DNA of 64,000 nucleotides from an uncultured Acidimicrobiaceae bacterium (GCA_963841155.1 CAWJBM010000002.1:247454-311453), one strand, 5' to 3'; shown: positions 17,989-27,280, numbered from the stretch's first letter. Notes: generated from the sequence alone by a model not told the origin. A program made the numbers and translations.

Positions 17989-19445
17989 CGGAGCTCTCCG
18001 AAGCCGTAGGCGGACAGGGGCCTGGTGGGAACTTCGGGGAAGGCGGCACTGAGCGGCTCGCCGACCGCCTGCAGGCGGGGCACACCCGCGCCGGCATCGA
18101 GGATGGAGCGCACATCGGCGAGGGAAAAGCGCGAGTAGGTGGTCGCCCGCTCGAGTGCACAGATAAGCGCGTCGCGTCCGTAGGCGCTCTCGAGGGCCAC
18201 GATGGCCCCGAGCTCGCCGCCGAGCTTGCTCGCACCGCCCGCCGCCGCGGCCTTCAAGAACGCCATGCCCACCTCGCCGAGACCGACCATGGCGTGCTCG
18301 GCCGCGGTACGAGGCCGGGGCGCCCGCTGCGGTAGAGGCCGCGGACCGCCATAGTGGTCGTCGTTGATGGACGTCTCACCCGGTGCCACGAGATCGTGCA
18401 AGGCCATCTCGACGCCGAGATGCACGACGGCGAGCTTGCCGCCGGCGACCTCCACCTCGACCTGCTTTCCGATGAGGCGCATCGGGACCGAGTAACGGGC
18501 CGAGCCGAAGCGCACGCAGCTGAGCTTGTCCACCTTTCGGATGACCGCCTTTGCGACGCGGGGGCGCAGCGACGGCAACGGGGAGAACAGCGGTGCTTCG
18601 ACCCTGAGCCGCTCGGTGGGAATCGCACAGATCTCCGAGTGCTCGACGCAGTTGACCTCCTCGCACCACGCGGCCGCGGCGACATTGGCCGAGGCGAGGT
18701 CGAAGAACGGGACCTGCGGGACCATGAGGTCGGCCTTGGCGTAGCCCACGAGGTTCTCGACCAGTCCCTTCGACTCCGGGTCGTTGGCCTCGCAGAAATC
18801 CGGCCGGAAGCGATAGTGGGCGGCGAAGCGGACGTAGGCCGGTGTCGCCACGACGAGGTTGGCCACCACGCCTGCTTTGAGGCAACCCATGCGATCGGCC
18901 AGCACCACCTTCGGCACCCCGCCCAGGAGCTCGAAGCAATCGATCAGCATCGAAAGCGTCGTGTCGGAGCGCTCGTTGTCCGAAAAGCGCACAAAGCGCC
19001 ACCGGCTCCAGGCCGACACCGCACAGAACACGTGCAGGCCGAACTCCGAGCCCCAGTCGATGACGAGTGTCTCGCCCGGGCTCCAGATCGCCGGGCGCCG
19101 TCCCCGGTGGTGCTCGTCGCGCCAGTCGCTCTTTGTCCTGGCGACAAGACGTCGGAAGTTGCGGGCCGAGCCGGTGTAGCCGGCGGCGCGTGCCTCGGGC
19201 AGGAGACGCTTGGCCGAGATGCGCCCGCTCGTCTTTCTCACCTTGGTGGCCACGATGCCCGCGACGACGTCGTAGTTCCTCTTGCGCTCGGCCGCCTTGT
19301 CTTGAGTCGCGTCCCGTTCTTCGCGTTTGAGCACTGCACGCTTCACGGTCCGGTGCGTCGTGTTGCAGATTGCTGCGGCGCCCCGGTAGCTGCCCACCTC
19401 TCGGTAGGCGGCGATGATGTCCATTGTCTGCCTCACTGATTTCAT
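17985..19445 (-). CDS. istA: IS21-family transposase IstA
   Basis: MKSVRQTMDIIAAYREVGSYRGAA.. (HTH) followed by an rve-type core ..VIDWGSEFGLHVFCAVSAWSRWRFVRF... I chose ATG 19445; the listed ORF extends further 5'. Confidence 0.9.
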   Translation of the reverse strand: MKSVRQTMDIIAAYREVGSYRGAAAICNTTHRTVKRAVLKREERDATQDKAAERKRNYDVVAGIVATKVRKTSGRISAKRLLPEARAAGYTGSARNFRRLVARTKSDWRDEHHRGRRPAIWSPGETLVIDWGSEFGLHVFCAVSAWSRWRFVRFSDNERSDTTLSMLIDCFELLGGVPKVVLADRMGCLKAGVVANLVVATPAYVRFAAHYRFRPDFCEANDPESKGLVENLVGYAKADLMVPQVPFFDLASANVAAAAWCEEVNCVEHSEICAIPTERLRVEAPLFSPLPSLRPRVAKAVIRKVDKLSCVRFGSARYSVPMRLIGKQVEVEVAGGKLAVVHLGVEMALHDLVAPGETSINDDHYGGPRPLPQRAPRPRTAAEHAMVGLGEVGMAFLKAAAAGGASKLGGELGAIVALESAYGRDALICALERATTYSRFSLADVRSILDAGAGVPRLQAVGEPLSAAFPEVPTRPLSAYGFGELR

Positions 19446-19607
19446 GGTTCTGTCCTCCGGTCGGAGCGGTGTTTGGTTGGCACCGCCACCGTGTCCGGCC
19501 GGAGGGCACGAACGGTGGATGTTCAGTGAGGGGTGGGTACCTCTACATGGCCACGAGTGGGTACCTCGTCCTGGCCACACGCGGGTACTTTTTCATGGCC
19601 ACGGACA

Positions 19608-20095
19608 AGACGTGTCCCCCTACGCGTGAGCTGAACGCCCTGGTCAGGCGATTTCGGCCTTGGACCAGGTCGAGGTGTCGACGGAGAGGGCCCGGAGCAC
19701 CTTGGCCTAGAGGGCGCTGCGCCGGTTCACGAGCTTGATCTGGCAGTCGCCGGCGGAGATGTGCTGTAACCGGACCTCTTTCAACACCGAGAGGGCCCGC
19801 CGTGGCGTCATCGACTGGAAGGCCAGGTTGGGATCGGTCAGCTTCGCGTTCACGAGGTCTTGTGCCATGACGGCCTCGATGGTGGCCGCTAGCACGCAGA
19901 GCGCCACGTGTCCGCGCACCCGGGCCTCGGTCCAGTGGAACATCGGCCGCAGCGACAAGAAGTCCCTCATCACCCGGAAGCGGCGTTCGATTGACTGCAG
20001 GCTCTTGTAGTAGCGCAGCACCTGGGCGGCAGAGGCCTCTGAAGTCGTCAGCGATGTCGTGATGACGAGGCGCCCGAAAGGAACAGGTCAGGAAC
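19608..20095 (-). pseudogene. IS1634/IS4-like transposase 3' remnant (copy A)
   Basis: ORF 19707..20021: LRYYKSLQSIERRFRVMRDFLSLRPMFHWTEARVRGHVALCVLAATIEAV... is the C-terminal DDE-E region. DNA-level homologue of 33040..33531 in inverted orientation. The right limit is approximate. Confidence 0.7.
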
Positions 20096-20232
20096 TGGGG
20101 GGTTGAGTACAGGCGGCAACACGGCCTGTAGGGCAACGGTGCCCTCACACAGCACGGAGCCCCGGGAACGAGCCTGCACCGTCCCGTACGTGTGGCAGGG
20201 TAGTCACCGCCTAGAGACCAGGAGAGTCGGCG

Positions 20233-20679
20233 ATGGATGTGATATGGCGGCCTGAACAGGATGGAGATGTGATCCCGGCGCTCGCGCTCCTAATGGAGCT
20301 CTTGCGGGAGCTGGCAAACGCCGGTGAGGAGCTTACTGAGGCCGGCTTGCCGGTCGCTCACTCAAAGGCCATCGAGGAGCGAGCTGCTGGCACGGCCGCG
20401 AGAAGCGCTGATTTTGGTGAGACCGTCTACGCGGCCCACAGCGCCGCTGCTGTTCAGCGCTTCGCGGCGACAGATCACCTGCGACAGTTCGCCAAAATGT
20501 TCCAGACTGCGCCAGTTCCTGTCTACTCGCACCTATGTGTCGAGAGGTCGTCGCTTGAGACAGCGGCGCTCAGTTACTGGTTCACAGAGCCTGGAATAGG
20601 AGCCGATGCCAGGGTACGTAGTGCGTCCAAGCCTCGCCAGCTGCTCATCGCTGGCACCACCCAGCATGTCCGAAATTAG
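20233..20679 (+). CDS. Hypothetical protein
   Basis: 148-aa ORF, helical-looking, no recognisable motif. The coding strand is not certain. Confidence 0.3.
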   Translation: MDVIWRPEQDGDVIPALALLMELLRELANAGEELTEAGLPVAHSKAIEERAAGTAARSADFGETVYAAHSAAAVQRFAATDHLRQFAKMFQTAPVPVYSHLCVERSSLETAALSYWFTEPGIGADARVRSASKPRQLLIAGTTQHVRN

Positions 20680-20972
20680 CGTGCCCGTGTAAGGCAGCGA
20701 GATGCCATCGACGGACGTCGTCTTTTCGTTCGCGATCAGCCGCCACCCGAACGAGGCGGCATCCGCTCGGACTCGCGGCACAACGTGATCTCGAGGGCCC
20801 CGCCAGCCGTGACGAGCTCGTGCACGCAAAAGCCGCGTGTTCGCGAATACGCGGCCTATCGATTACGCGTCGTTACCGGTAGGGCCTCCATCCGGGCAGG
20901 TCAGACGTTTGTGTCACACTCCGCCGGTACGATTTCAGCATGGATGAGGTAAAGGACGAGGCGACCACTCGC

Positions 20973-22651
20973 CTATTAGCCTCAAAAATCCGTGCGACCC
21001 CGGGAAACTGACGGCGAACGGTCGAGCCGTGACGATGGGGTGACAGTGAGGGCGCTTGGCCGTGGCAGGGCGCGACGAGTCAGAGCTTCGTGCTCTTGTC
21101 AGATGTCACGCCCTCGGGAGACTCACCGTTGTCGGGTCGGGCGCCGGGACCCGGGTTGTTATGGGAACGCGGTCCGCAGCCTGAGAAATGCTCGCCTGAG
21201 CGCTGCTGCCCACGGCCATGTCTCGTCTAGGCGCAAGATGAGCCGGTGCCCACGACGCACGAGGACGGCGGCAACGTGCAACAGCCGGTAGCGGAGCGTC
21301 TTCGGCTCGGCCTCTTTGAGCTCGCCATCCAGGCAGGTCATCTGCGCCCAGGAAAGCAGCGCCCCGGCGACGAGACTCGTGGCCACCCAGGCGAGGTTCT
21401 GGGTGAAGCTCGCGAACGGCAGGTTCTGTAACCCGCAGTCTTTCCAGCACCGGACCCTGTCTTCGACGCGGGCATGGCCGCGTTGGCGAAGCTCGAGTGC
21501 AGCGGCGTCGATGTTCAAGGCATTCGCGTTCGTGATGAAACACGTGTGCCGGAAGCCCTCCGAGGTGTCGAACAAGCTGAGCTGGGCCCCTGGATGAGGA
21601 CGCTCTCGCCGGCAGATGAGCCGTGCATCTTCACCCCAGGTGGACAAGTCCATGGGATCTGTGAGCTCTGCCACCCATGCACCGTCGCGGACGGTCCCGT
21701 CCACCTCGATGGCTTCGACCCAGTCCTCTTCTTGGAACAACAACAAGGCCTCCCTGACACCTGAGTCGACAGGGTGCCCGATCGAGTACTCGATGTTTGC
21801 CTCCGTGAGGCCGGAGACAAAGTCGTGGGTCGCCCCAGCCGAGTCGGCCCTCACGAGAATGTGATGTCGCACCAGGCCGGGGTCGTCACCGGGCTCGTGA
21901 CCTACCTGGTACTCCGGCGGGAGAGCGGCGATCGCCTGGTCCAACAGCTCGAGGTGATCATCGGCGTCGTTCGAGCCGGCGTTGCCCGGACGCAGCATCA
22001 ACGCGAGAGGCTCTCCGGTCGTGTCGCACCAGGCGCCGAGGGGATGAAATCCATAGCCATGCTTGTACGTCGGGGCAGCATCCTGTTTCTCCGAGTGAAC
22101 ATCAACAAGCGTGGCGTCGAAGTCGATCGTGATGTCACCTTGTGGCGCCTCGGCCCAGACGATCTCCCGTGTCTTTGCCACGGCCCCTCTGATCGCGCGC
22201 AGCTCTGGAGCGGTCGTGGCCTTCACCGCTCTCCAGGCGGTCGTCACCGACGCGACCTCTCCAAACAGCTCGGACTGTTTCCGAAGCGCGTCGATGTCTT
22301 TGAGGCAGTCGGCTCCGTCGGCAATGGCGATGGCGAGATGGGTGAGGACCACGCCAGGATCGTGGGTGTTCCACAAGATGCCGCAGTCGGCCATCGCCTC
22401 GGACAACCCGTGTGTCAGCCCAGTGCGATCGGCCAGCTCCGACAGCATCGCGGTGCCGGCGTGCGAGACGAGATTGCGGCCGTCGGTGGTGACCTCGGCC
22501 TGACGGACCGAGCGGCTACGATGCACCTTCAAGGAGGCCTCCTCCTGGGTTGTTTGACTGCTTAGGAACACAGTCATTCTCCCAGTTGAGGAGGCCTTTT
22601 ACGCGGATACTGGCAGTCTCATGCCGCTATCGCGCGAAAAATCGAGGTTAG
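20973..22651 (-). mobile_element. IS1380-family insertion sequence, copy 2 (inverted relative to copy 1)
   Basis: Aligns to copy 1 end to end. The outer end is ..ATCGAGGTTAG and the inner end is a degenerate CTATTAGCCTC... No flanking direct repeat. Confidence 0.8.
21159..22577 (-). CDS. IS1380-family DDE transposase
   Basis: 472 aa, collinear with 5484..6902. Roughly nine-tenths identical by eye, with substitutions scattered throughout. Confidence 0.85.
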   Translation of the reverse strand: MTVFLSSQTTQEEASLKVHRSRSVRQAEVTTDGRNLVSHAGTAMLSELADRTGLTHGLSEAMADCGILWNTHDPGVVLTHLAIAIADGADCLKDIDALRKQSELFGEVASVTTAWRAVKATTAPELRAIRGAVAKTREIVWAEAPQGDITIDFDATLVDVHSEKQDAAPTYKHGYGFHPLGAWCDTTGEPLALMLRPGNAGSNDADDHLELLDQAIAALPPEYQVGHEPGDDPGLVRHHILVRADSAGATHDFVSGLTEANIEYSIGHPVDSGVREALLLFQEEDWVEAIEVDGTVRDGAWVAELTDPMDLSTWGEDARLICRRERPHPGAQLSLFDTSEGFRHTCFITNANALNIDAAALELRQRGHARVEDRVRCWKDCGLQNLPFASFTQNLAWVATSLVAGALLSWAQMTCLDGELKEAEPKTLRYRLLHVAAVLVRRGHRLILRLDETWPWAAALRRAFLRLRTAFP

Positions 22652-22729
22652 GTAGAGGCTCGTCACCGTCTGACACCTTGTCGGCGCCGGTCTCGTTCGC
22701 AACCAACACCACGACGCTCAAGGAGACCA

Positions 22730-22945
22730 ATGGCCAATACCGACGCCCTGCCGCAGCTCCTCACCATCGACCAGCTCGCCGAGCGGCTCGGTGTGAGCGT
22801 CCGCCACATCCGCCGGCTCATCGCCGAACGACGGGTGCCCTACCTGAAGGTCGGTTGGTTCATCAGATTCGACCCGGCCGAGATCGCCGCCTGGCTCGAC
22901 GGTGCTCGGCACCCAGAACACCTCGACCACGGGCGACGGGTCTGA
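22730..22945 (+). CDS. Excisionase-family helix-turn-helix DNA-binding protein
   Basis: 71 aa. LLTIDQLAERLGVSVRHIRRLIAERRVPYLKVGWFIRFDPAEIAAWL is an HTH_17/Xis-type pattern. Confidence 0.75.
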   Translation: MANTDALPQLLTIDQLAERLGVSVRHIRRLIAERRVPYLKVGWFIRFDPAEIAAWLDGARHPEHLDHGRRV

Positions 22946-23029
22946 CCTTCAGAAGATCGTGACGACCGTCGGCCGAGTCTATACTCGAAGTTGGCGTAAA
23001 TACACGTAGAACGTGAATAAGGGACCAGC

Positions 23030-23809
23030 ATGGCGACTGATCGAAGTCTGAGGCTTCTGGACAAGCTTGCTAGCGAGGGGCGTACAGCCTTCACGGCGTC
23101 TGAGATCCAGGACGCCCTGGAGCTGTCGCCGCAGGCGACGTCCAACGTGCTGGGTCGACTCGTCGAGGCCGGCTTCATCGATCGCGTCAGCTCTGGACGC
23201 TACGCCATCCGTCAAATCGGGGCCCTCGGTACCGCGGCTGTTTGGGACGACCTCGGCTCTGCCGTCGCGGCCGTCTTCGCCGGTCACCCCCATCGGATCG
23301 GTTATTTGACCGCCCTGGATCATCACGGCCTCCTGATCCGGCCGGTGAGGGCGATCCAGGTCGCGAGTGCCTATCGACCCCGCTCGAAGGCCCTTGCCGG
23401 CAGACCGCTCAGAGTGATTCGCGAGAACCCGTTGACGGTACTCGCTGGTACCGAGCCGCTGGGCCCATCCCGGGTGGCCACCGTGGAGAGGGCTCTCCTT
23501 GATGCCGCGTCACGGCCAAGACTGGTCAGCGGCGCCTCGCGAGTTGCCGAGTCCCTAGCGGCCGTCATGGCTACAGAGGGACTTGTAAAGTTGGCTCATG
23601 CGGTGGGTGCCGAGGCCGGATACCGGCGGATCGGCTCGATCAGCACCGCGCTGTCGCTCCCCGTCGGTCATGGGCTTGAACCTGAGCCGTGGCGAACTCT
23701 TGTGGACCTGGATACCACTGCCCAGCATGAGCATGGATGGGTCGACAGAACCTGGGGCGTCGCCTGGCCCTACCCCGTCTCCCAGCTCGAGGCGGTGGTC
23801 TCCTCGTGA
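23030..23809 (+). CDS. abiEi: AbiEi-family antitoxin / transcriptional regulator
   Basis: 259 aa. N-terminal wHTH (FTASEIQDALELSPQATSNVLGRLVEAGFIDRV) plus a C-terminal AbiEi-type domain. Its stop overlaps the downstream GTG (GTGA). Confidence 0.75.
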   Translation: MATDRSLRLLDKLASEGRTAFTASEIQDALELSPQATSNVLGRLVEAGFIDRVSSGRYAIRQIGALGTAAVWDDLGSAVAAVFAGHPHRIGYLTALDHHGLLIRPVRAIQVASAYRPRSKALAGRPLRVIRENPLTVLAGTEPLGPSRVATVERALLDAASRPRLVSGASRVAESLAAVMATEGLVKLAHAVGAEAGYRRIGSISTALSLPVGHGLEPEPWRTLVDLDTTAQHEHGWVDRTWGVAWPYPVSQLEAVVSS

Positions 23810-24624
23810 TCGCCAAAGGCGTCATCACCAGACGCGCCAACGAGGAACAGCTCTCGGCCCAGACGATCGAACGTGACTACATCCTCGCTCATCTGTGTGC
23901 CGAAATCGGCTCCATCGGGGAACCGAGGCTCGTTTTCAAGGGTGGGACGTTGCTTCGCCTCTGTTACTTCTCCGGTTGCCGGTACTCGGCTGATCTCGAC
24001 TTCTCGGCCGTGGATGGCCTCTCCAACAACGAGGCGCTCGGCATCGTCGCGACTGCAGCGGTGTCCTGCAAAATTCGCACCGAGCTTCCGATGCTCGAGG
24101 TCTCGGACGGGGATAGTGCAACGGTGTGGGTGACCTACACGGGTCCCCTCGGATCGAGGCCTCGCAGGCTCAAGCTCGACGTGTCCGATACTGAGCTGGT
24201 CGAGTCCCATCGTCGGCTCGACATACAGCACCTATGGGCCGACCTTCCCGAGAACGCCGGCATCGAGGGTTACAGCCTCCGCGACGTCGCGGCCGAGAAG
24301 ATCCGCTGCATTGCCGAGCGGCTTCAGTGCCGAGATCTGTACGACCTCCACGAGCTGCTCGACGGCGGACACGTCGATCCTCTCGAAGCCTGGCATCTGT
24401 ACCTCGACAAGGCGGCTAACGACGTGTTGAGGAGTCGACAGCGAACGCCGCCGGCGAAGTGGTTCGCCACCTTCGAGCGGCGCATGGATGCCTACCGGGA
24501 CCGGTGGGAGAGCGAACTGAGCGACTACATCTCGGTAGATCTTCCGACCTTCGGCGATGTTGAGCGACGAAGCCGCCGCTACCTCGCGCCAGTGCTTGCC
24601 GCGGCACGAGATCTTGCAGAGTGA
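23806..24624 (+). CDS. abiEii: AbiEii/AbiGii-family nucleotidyltransferase toxin (DUF1814)
   Basis: IERDYILAHL...LVFKGGTLLRLCYFSGCRYSADLDFS... is the hallmark FKGGT..L...R.S.DLDF. GTG 23806 was chosen from the GTGA overlap with abiEi. Confidence 0.8.
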   Translation: MIAKGVITRRANEEQLSAQTIERDYILAHLCAEIGSIGEPRLVFKGGTLLRLCYFSGCRYSADLDFSAVDGLSNNEALGIVATAAVSCKIRTELPMLEVSDGDSATVWVTYTGPLGSRPRRLKLDVSDTELVESHRRLDIQHLWADLPENAGIEGYSLRDVAAEKIRCIAERLQCRDLYDLHELLDGGHVDPLEAWHLYLDKAANDVLRSRQRTPPAKWFATFERRMDAYRDRWESELSDYISVDLPTFGDVERRSRRYLAPVLAAARDLAE

Positions 24625-24813
24625 CGGGAGCGGGCGCTGAAAAAGGCCCGCCCGTGAGAACCGCCGTGAGAACCATAGCTCCGCCAAAGCCGGAAAAAGG
24701 AGGTGACGGGCGGTTGTCGGCGGTCGTGTCGGTTCGGATGAAGTCACTGGTAGAGGGCACTATTGGTAACGAATTGCCACGACCGGTTTCCAAAGGAAAA
24801 TGCCCCGGGCAGA

Positions 24814-24860
24814 ACTACGGATCAGAAGGTTGGAGATTCGAGTTCCTCCGAGCGCGCTGA
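24814..24860 (+). repeat. tRNA-Arg(ACG)-like 3' half, right att-type direct repeat
   Basis: Matches 2920..2966 at 46/47 positions. The single difference (A at 24834) breaks a T-stem pair. No tRNA 5' half lies upstream. Confidence 0.75.
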
Positions 24861-25059
24861 GCTAGTCGAAGTGGACACCTAACGTATCTCGCCGGAAGCA
24901 CGGGGTGGCCCTGCTCTGGCAGCCAAGCTGGCAGCCGAGCCGATCGACGCAGATCGACTGACAGCTAGCTCAAGCAGGGACACTGTCGGTCACGACGATC
25001 GCTTCAGGAGTCTGTTGCAGGTGCCGGCGGGACTGAAGGACTGGCTGCTGCACGAGAGC

Positions 25060-25275
25060 ATGGCCGTCATGTCGCACTTGGACCGGATCACGAGCGATCA
25101 GGCCATTTGCCACGGCAGGCCTGCCTTTCGCGGCTTGCGGTATCCGGTCGAGTCGCTTCTCGAGCTTCTAGCGTCCGGAATGACGACCGAAGAGATCCTC
25201 ATCGACTTCCCTGACCTCGAGCGAAATGACATCCTGGCCGCGCTCGAGTTCGCCGCCGTGGCCTTCGCCAGATAG
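25060..25275 (+). CDS. DUF433 domain protein (antitoxin-like)
   Basis: ICHGRPAFRGLRYPVESLLELLASGMTTEEILIDFPDLERNDILAALEFAA matches the DUF433 pattern. No partner PIN/DUF5615 gene follows it. Confidence 0.7.
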   Translation: MAVMSHLDRITSDQAICHGRPAFRGLRYPVESLLELLASGMTTEEILIDFPDLERNDILAALEFAAVAFAR

Positions 25276-25280
25276 AGCCG

Positions 25281-25838
25281 CTACGAGCCTGAGCACTCGA
25301 CAGGGCGGCCCGGAAAGCCGGGGGTCTTGTGCGGACTTGTGTAGTGCGGCAAGCTCACCGAGACGCTGAAAGTGTCGTAGGCCTCGCGGCCGAGCCATTC
25401 CGCATACCGCACCGTTACGACAACGTTGGCCACATCCAAGGCAGGGCCAGGCCAAATGCTGGGGAGACTCACGCTGACAAGTGGTGCGCTCGAGTCCTGG
25501 TTCAGATCTTGGAGGGCGTCGTCCCAGGCGGCGCTGGCCACGCATAGGGTCATCGTTTGACTGCGGAAGATGTCGGGCACGTAGTAGTTGCCGTCCTCCG
25601 TCCCCATGTACCTGAGGGGTGCCGCGACCACGGCCGCTTGCATCCCCTCTGACACGGCTCGCTCGACTCGTTGCTGCACCTTGTCGCGGATACTGCTGTT
25701 GATGGCGACGTCGGCAATCCAGCCAGCCAGGACAAGAGCCACTATCGCCACGATGCCTAAAAGCCAACCCCGCGTGCGCCTTCGTCGTCCGACTGGGGCG
25801 GTTGTTAGCTCTGCGAGCGTCGGTGCCGGTCCAGCCAT
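25281..25838 (-). CDS. Single-pass membrane protein, hypothetical; separated from its SD by the ISL3
   Basis: 185 aa with a TM segment WLLGIVAIVALVLAGWI. Its ATG lies inside the left copy of the ISL3 target duplication. Confidence 0.6.
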   Translation of the reverse strand: MAGPAPTLAELTTAPVGRRRRTRGWLLGIVAIVALVLAGWIADVAINSSIRDKVQQRVERAVSEGMQAAVVAAPLRYMGTEDGNYYVPDIFRSQTMTLCVASAAWDDALQDLNQDSSAPLVSVSLPSIWPGPALDVANVVVTVRYAEWLGREAYDTFSVSVSLPHYTSPHKTPGFPGRPVECSGS

Positions 25839-25842
25839 TGCG

Positions 25843-27279
25843 GGCTCTTCTCAATGAACTGGGGCGCGTGAACAACTGACCGCGCTCCGATAGGTATCCA
25901 CCGGCGCGGCCAGGGGCCCCGCCATTCTCGTGGTTGTTCGACGACCGAGAGAACTGGAGGACCCCTGACAATGGGCGACGGTACCGAATTCGATGACGCG
26001 CTGTTGGGACTGCGCGGGTTCCGGGTGGTGGCGGTGACCGAAGACGGCGATGAGCTGCTCGTCGGCGTCGAGACGATCCGCCGGGCGGCCGGGTGTCCGA
26101 GCTGTGGCGTGATCGCCAGAACCAAGGACCGCCTCCGGGTGATCATCAGAGACCTGCCGGCCTTCGACCGGCGCGTGCGCCTCGTGTGGTCCAAGCGACG
26201 GTTCTCTTGCCCGGAGCCGGACTGCCCGGTCCAGACCTGGACCGAACACTGCGACGAGCTCCCCGACCGCCGCGTGCTGTCCGCGCGTGCGGGACGTGAG
26301 TGCACGCGAGCGGTTGGCGAAGAAGCGCGTTCAGTCGCCTCGCTCGCACGTTGGCTCGGTGTCTCCTGGGCGACGGTGATGACGGCCGTGCGCGACTACG
26401 GGACACCGCTTGTGGACGACCCGGGCCGGGTCGAGGAGGTGAGCTCGCTCGGCATCGACGAGACGGCGTTTCTGAAGGCGAACGCCGAGCACCCGACGAT
26501 GTACGTCACCGGTCTTGTCGACCTCGAGCAACGAGTGCTCATCGACATGATCGAGGGAAACCGGGCGATCGACGTCTCGCGTTGGCTCTCGAGCAAGGAC
26601 GAGGCCTTCCTGGCCGGCATTACGACCGTCGCCTGCGACCTGCACGAGGGCTACCGGTCCGGGCTGCACCCGCATCTCGACCATGCCCGCCAGGTGGCCG
26701 ATCCGTTCCACGTGGTGGCAGCCGCGAACCGCTGCGTCGATGAGGTGCGCCGCAGGGTGCAAAACGAGCTGTTGGGACATCGCGGTCGAAAGGATGACCC
26801 GCTCTACAAGATCCGCCGGGTGCTGCTCACCGGTTCGGAGCGCCTCAACCAGAGAGGCGTAGACCGCATGGCTCTTGGTCTTCGTCTCGGCGATCCCGAC
26901 GACGAAGTCCTCGGAGCGTGGCTCGCCAAGGAGTACCTGCGCGACGTCTATCTCACCGCTGATCCGAACGAGGCCGCAGTGCTCTTGGACCGGGTGATCG
27001 CAGGTTGCCTCGCGGATGAGGTCGATGAGATCGTCTCTCTCGGCAACACCTTGAAGCACTGGCGCACCCAGATCCTCGCTCACCATCTCACCGGCGCTTC
27101 GAACGGGCCGACCGAGGCGATGAACCTGCTCGTCAAGAAGATCAAGCGTTGCGGGCACGGCTTCAAGAGTTTTAGGAACTACCGCCTACGCGTCCTTTTG
27201 CACTGCGGTGGGATCCAATGGAAGGCTCATCCGGCTACGACAATGCGGGCCCGCTCACCCCAGTTGGTCGCGTAGAGCC
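25843..27279 (+). mobile_element. ISL3-family insertion sequence with 8-bp target duplication
   Basis: IRs are GGCTCTTCTCAATGAACTGGGG.. and ..CCCCAGTTGGTCGCGTAGAGCC. A direct repeat CCATTGCG is present at 25835-25842 and 27280-27287. Confidence 0.9.
25971..27275 (+). CDS. ISL3-family transposase
   Basis: 434 aa. Zinc-finger CPSCG...FSCPEPDC, then ..LGIDETAF..., ..VACDLHEGYR.., ..DPFHVV.., ..SNGPTEAMNLLVKKIKRCGHGFKSFRNYRLRVLL. Confidence 0.9.
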   Translation: MGDGTEFDDALLGLRGFRVVAVTEDGDELLVGVETIRRAAGCPSCGVIARTKDRLRVIIRDLPAFDRRVRLVWSKRRFSCPEPDCPVQTWTEHCDELPDRRVLSARAGRECTRAVGEEARSVASLARWLGVSWATVMTAVRDYGTPLVDDPGRVEEVSSLGIDETAFLKANAEHPTMYVTGLVDLEQRVLIDMIEGNRAIDVSRWLSSKDEAFLAGITTVACDLHEGYRSGLHPHLDHARQVADPFHVVAAANRCVDEVRRRVQNELLGHRGRKDDPLYKIRRVLLTGSERLNQRGVDRMALGLRLGDPDDEVLGAWLAKEYLRDVYLTADPNEAAVLLDRVIAGCLADEVDEIVSLGNTLKHWRTQILAHHLTGASNGPTEAMNLLVKKIKRCGHGFKSFRNYRLRVLLHCGGIQWKAHPATTMRARSPQLVA

Positions 27280-27280
27280 C

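Larger units (their letters stand above)
13448..19607 (-). mobile_element. IS21-family element (istA, extra orf, istB) carrying a nested insertion
   Basis: Ends are TGTCAACGGCC... and ...GGCCACGGACA. Both ends carry multiple TGGCCA/GTACCC subterminal repeats. A 5-bp target duplication AGACG is present at 13443-13447 and 19608-19612. Confidence 0.85.

Noticed and set aside
5410-22651. Simple inversion between the two inverted IS1380 copies, to explain the mismatched flanks.
   Set aside because: The predicted partner fragments (helicase N-half next to 20972, rve N-half next to 22652) are not there in any frame I translated.
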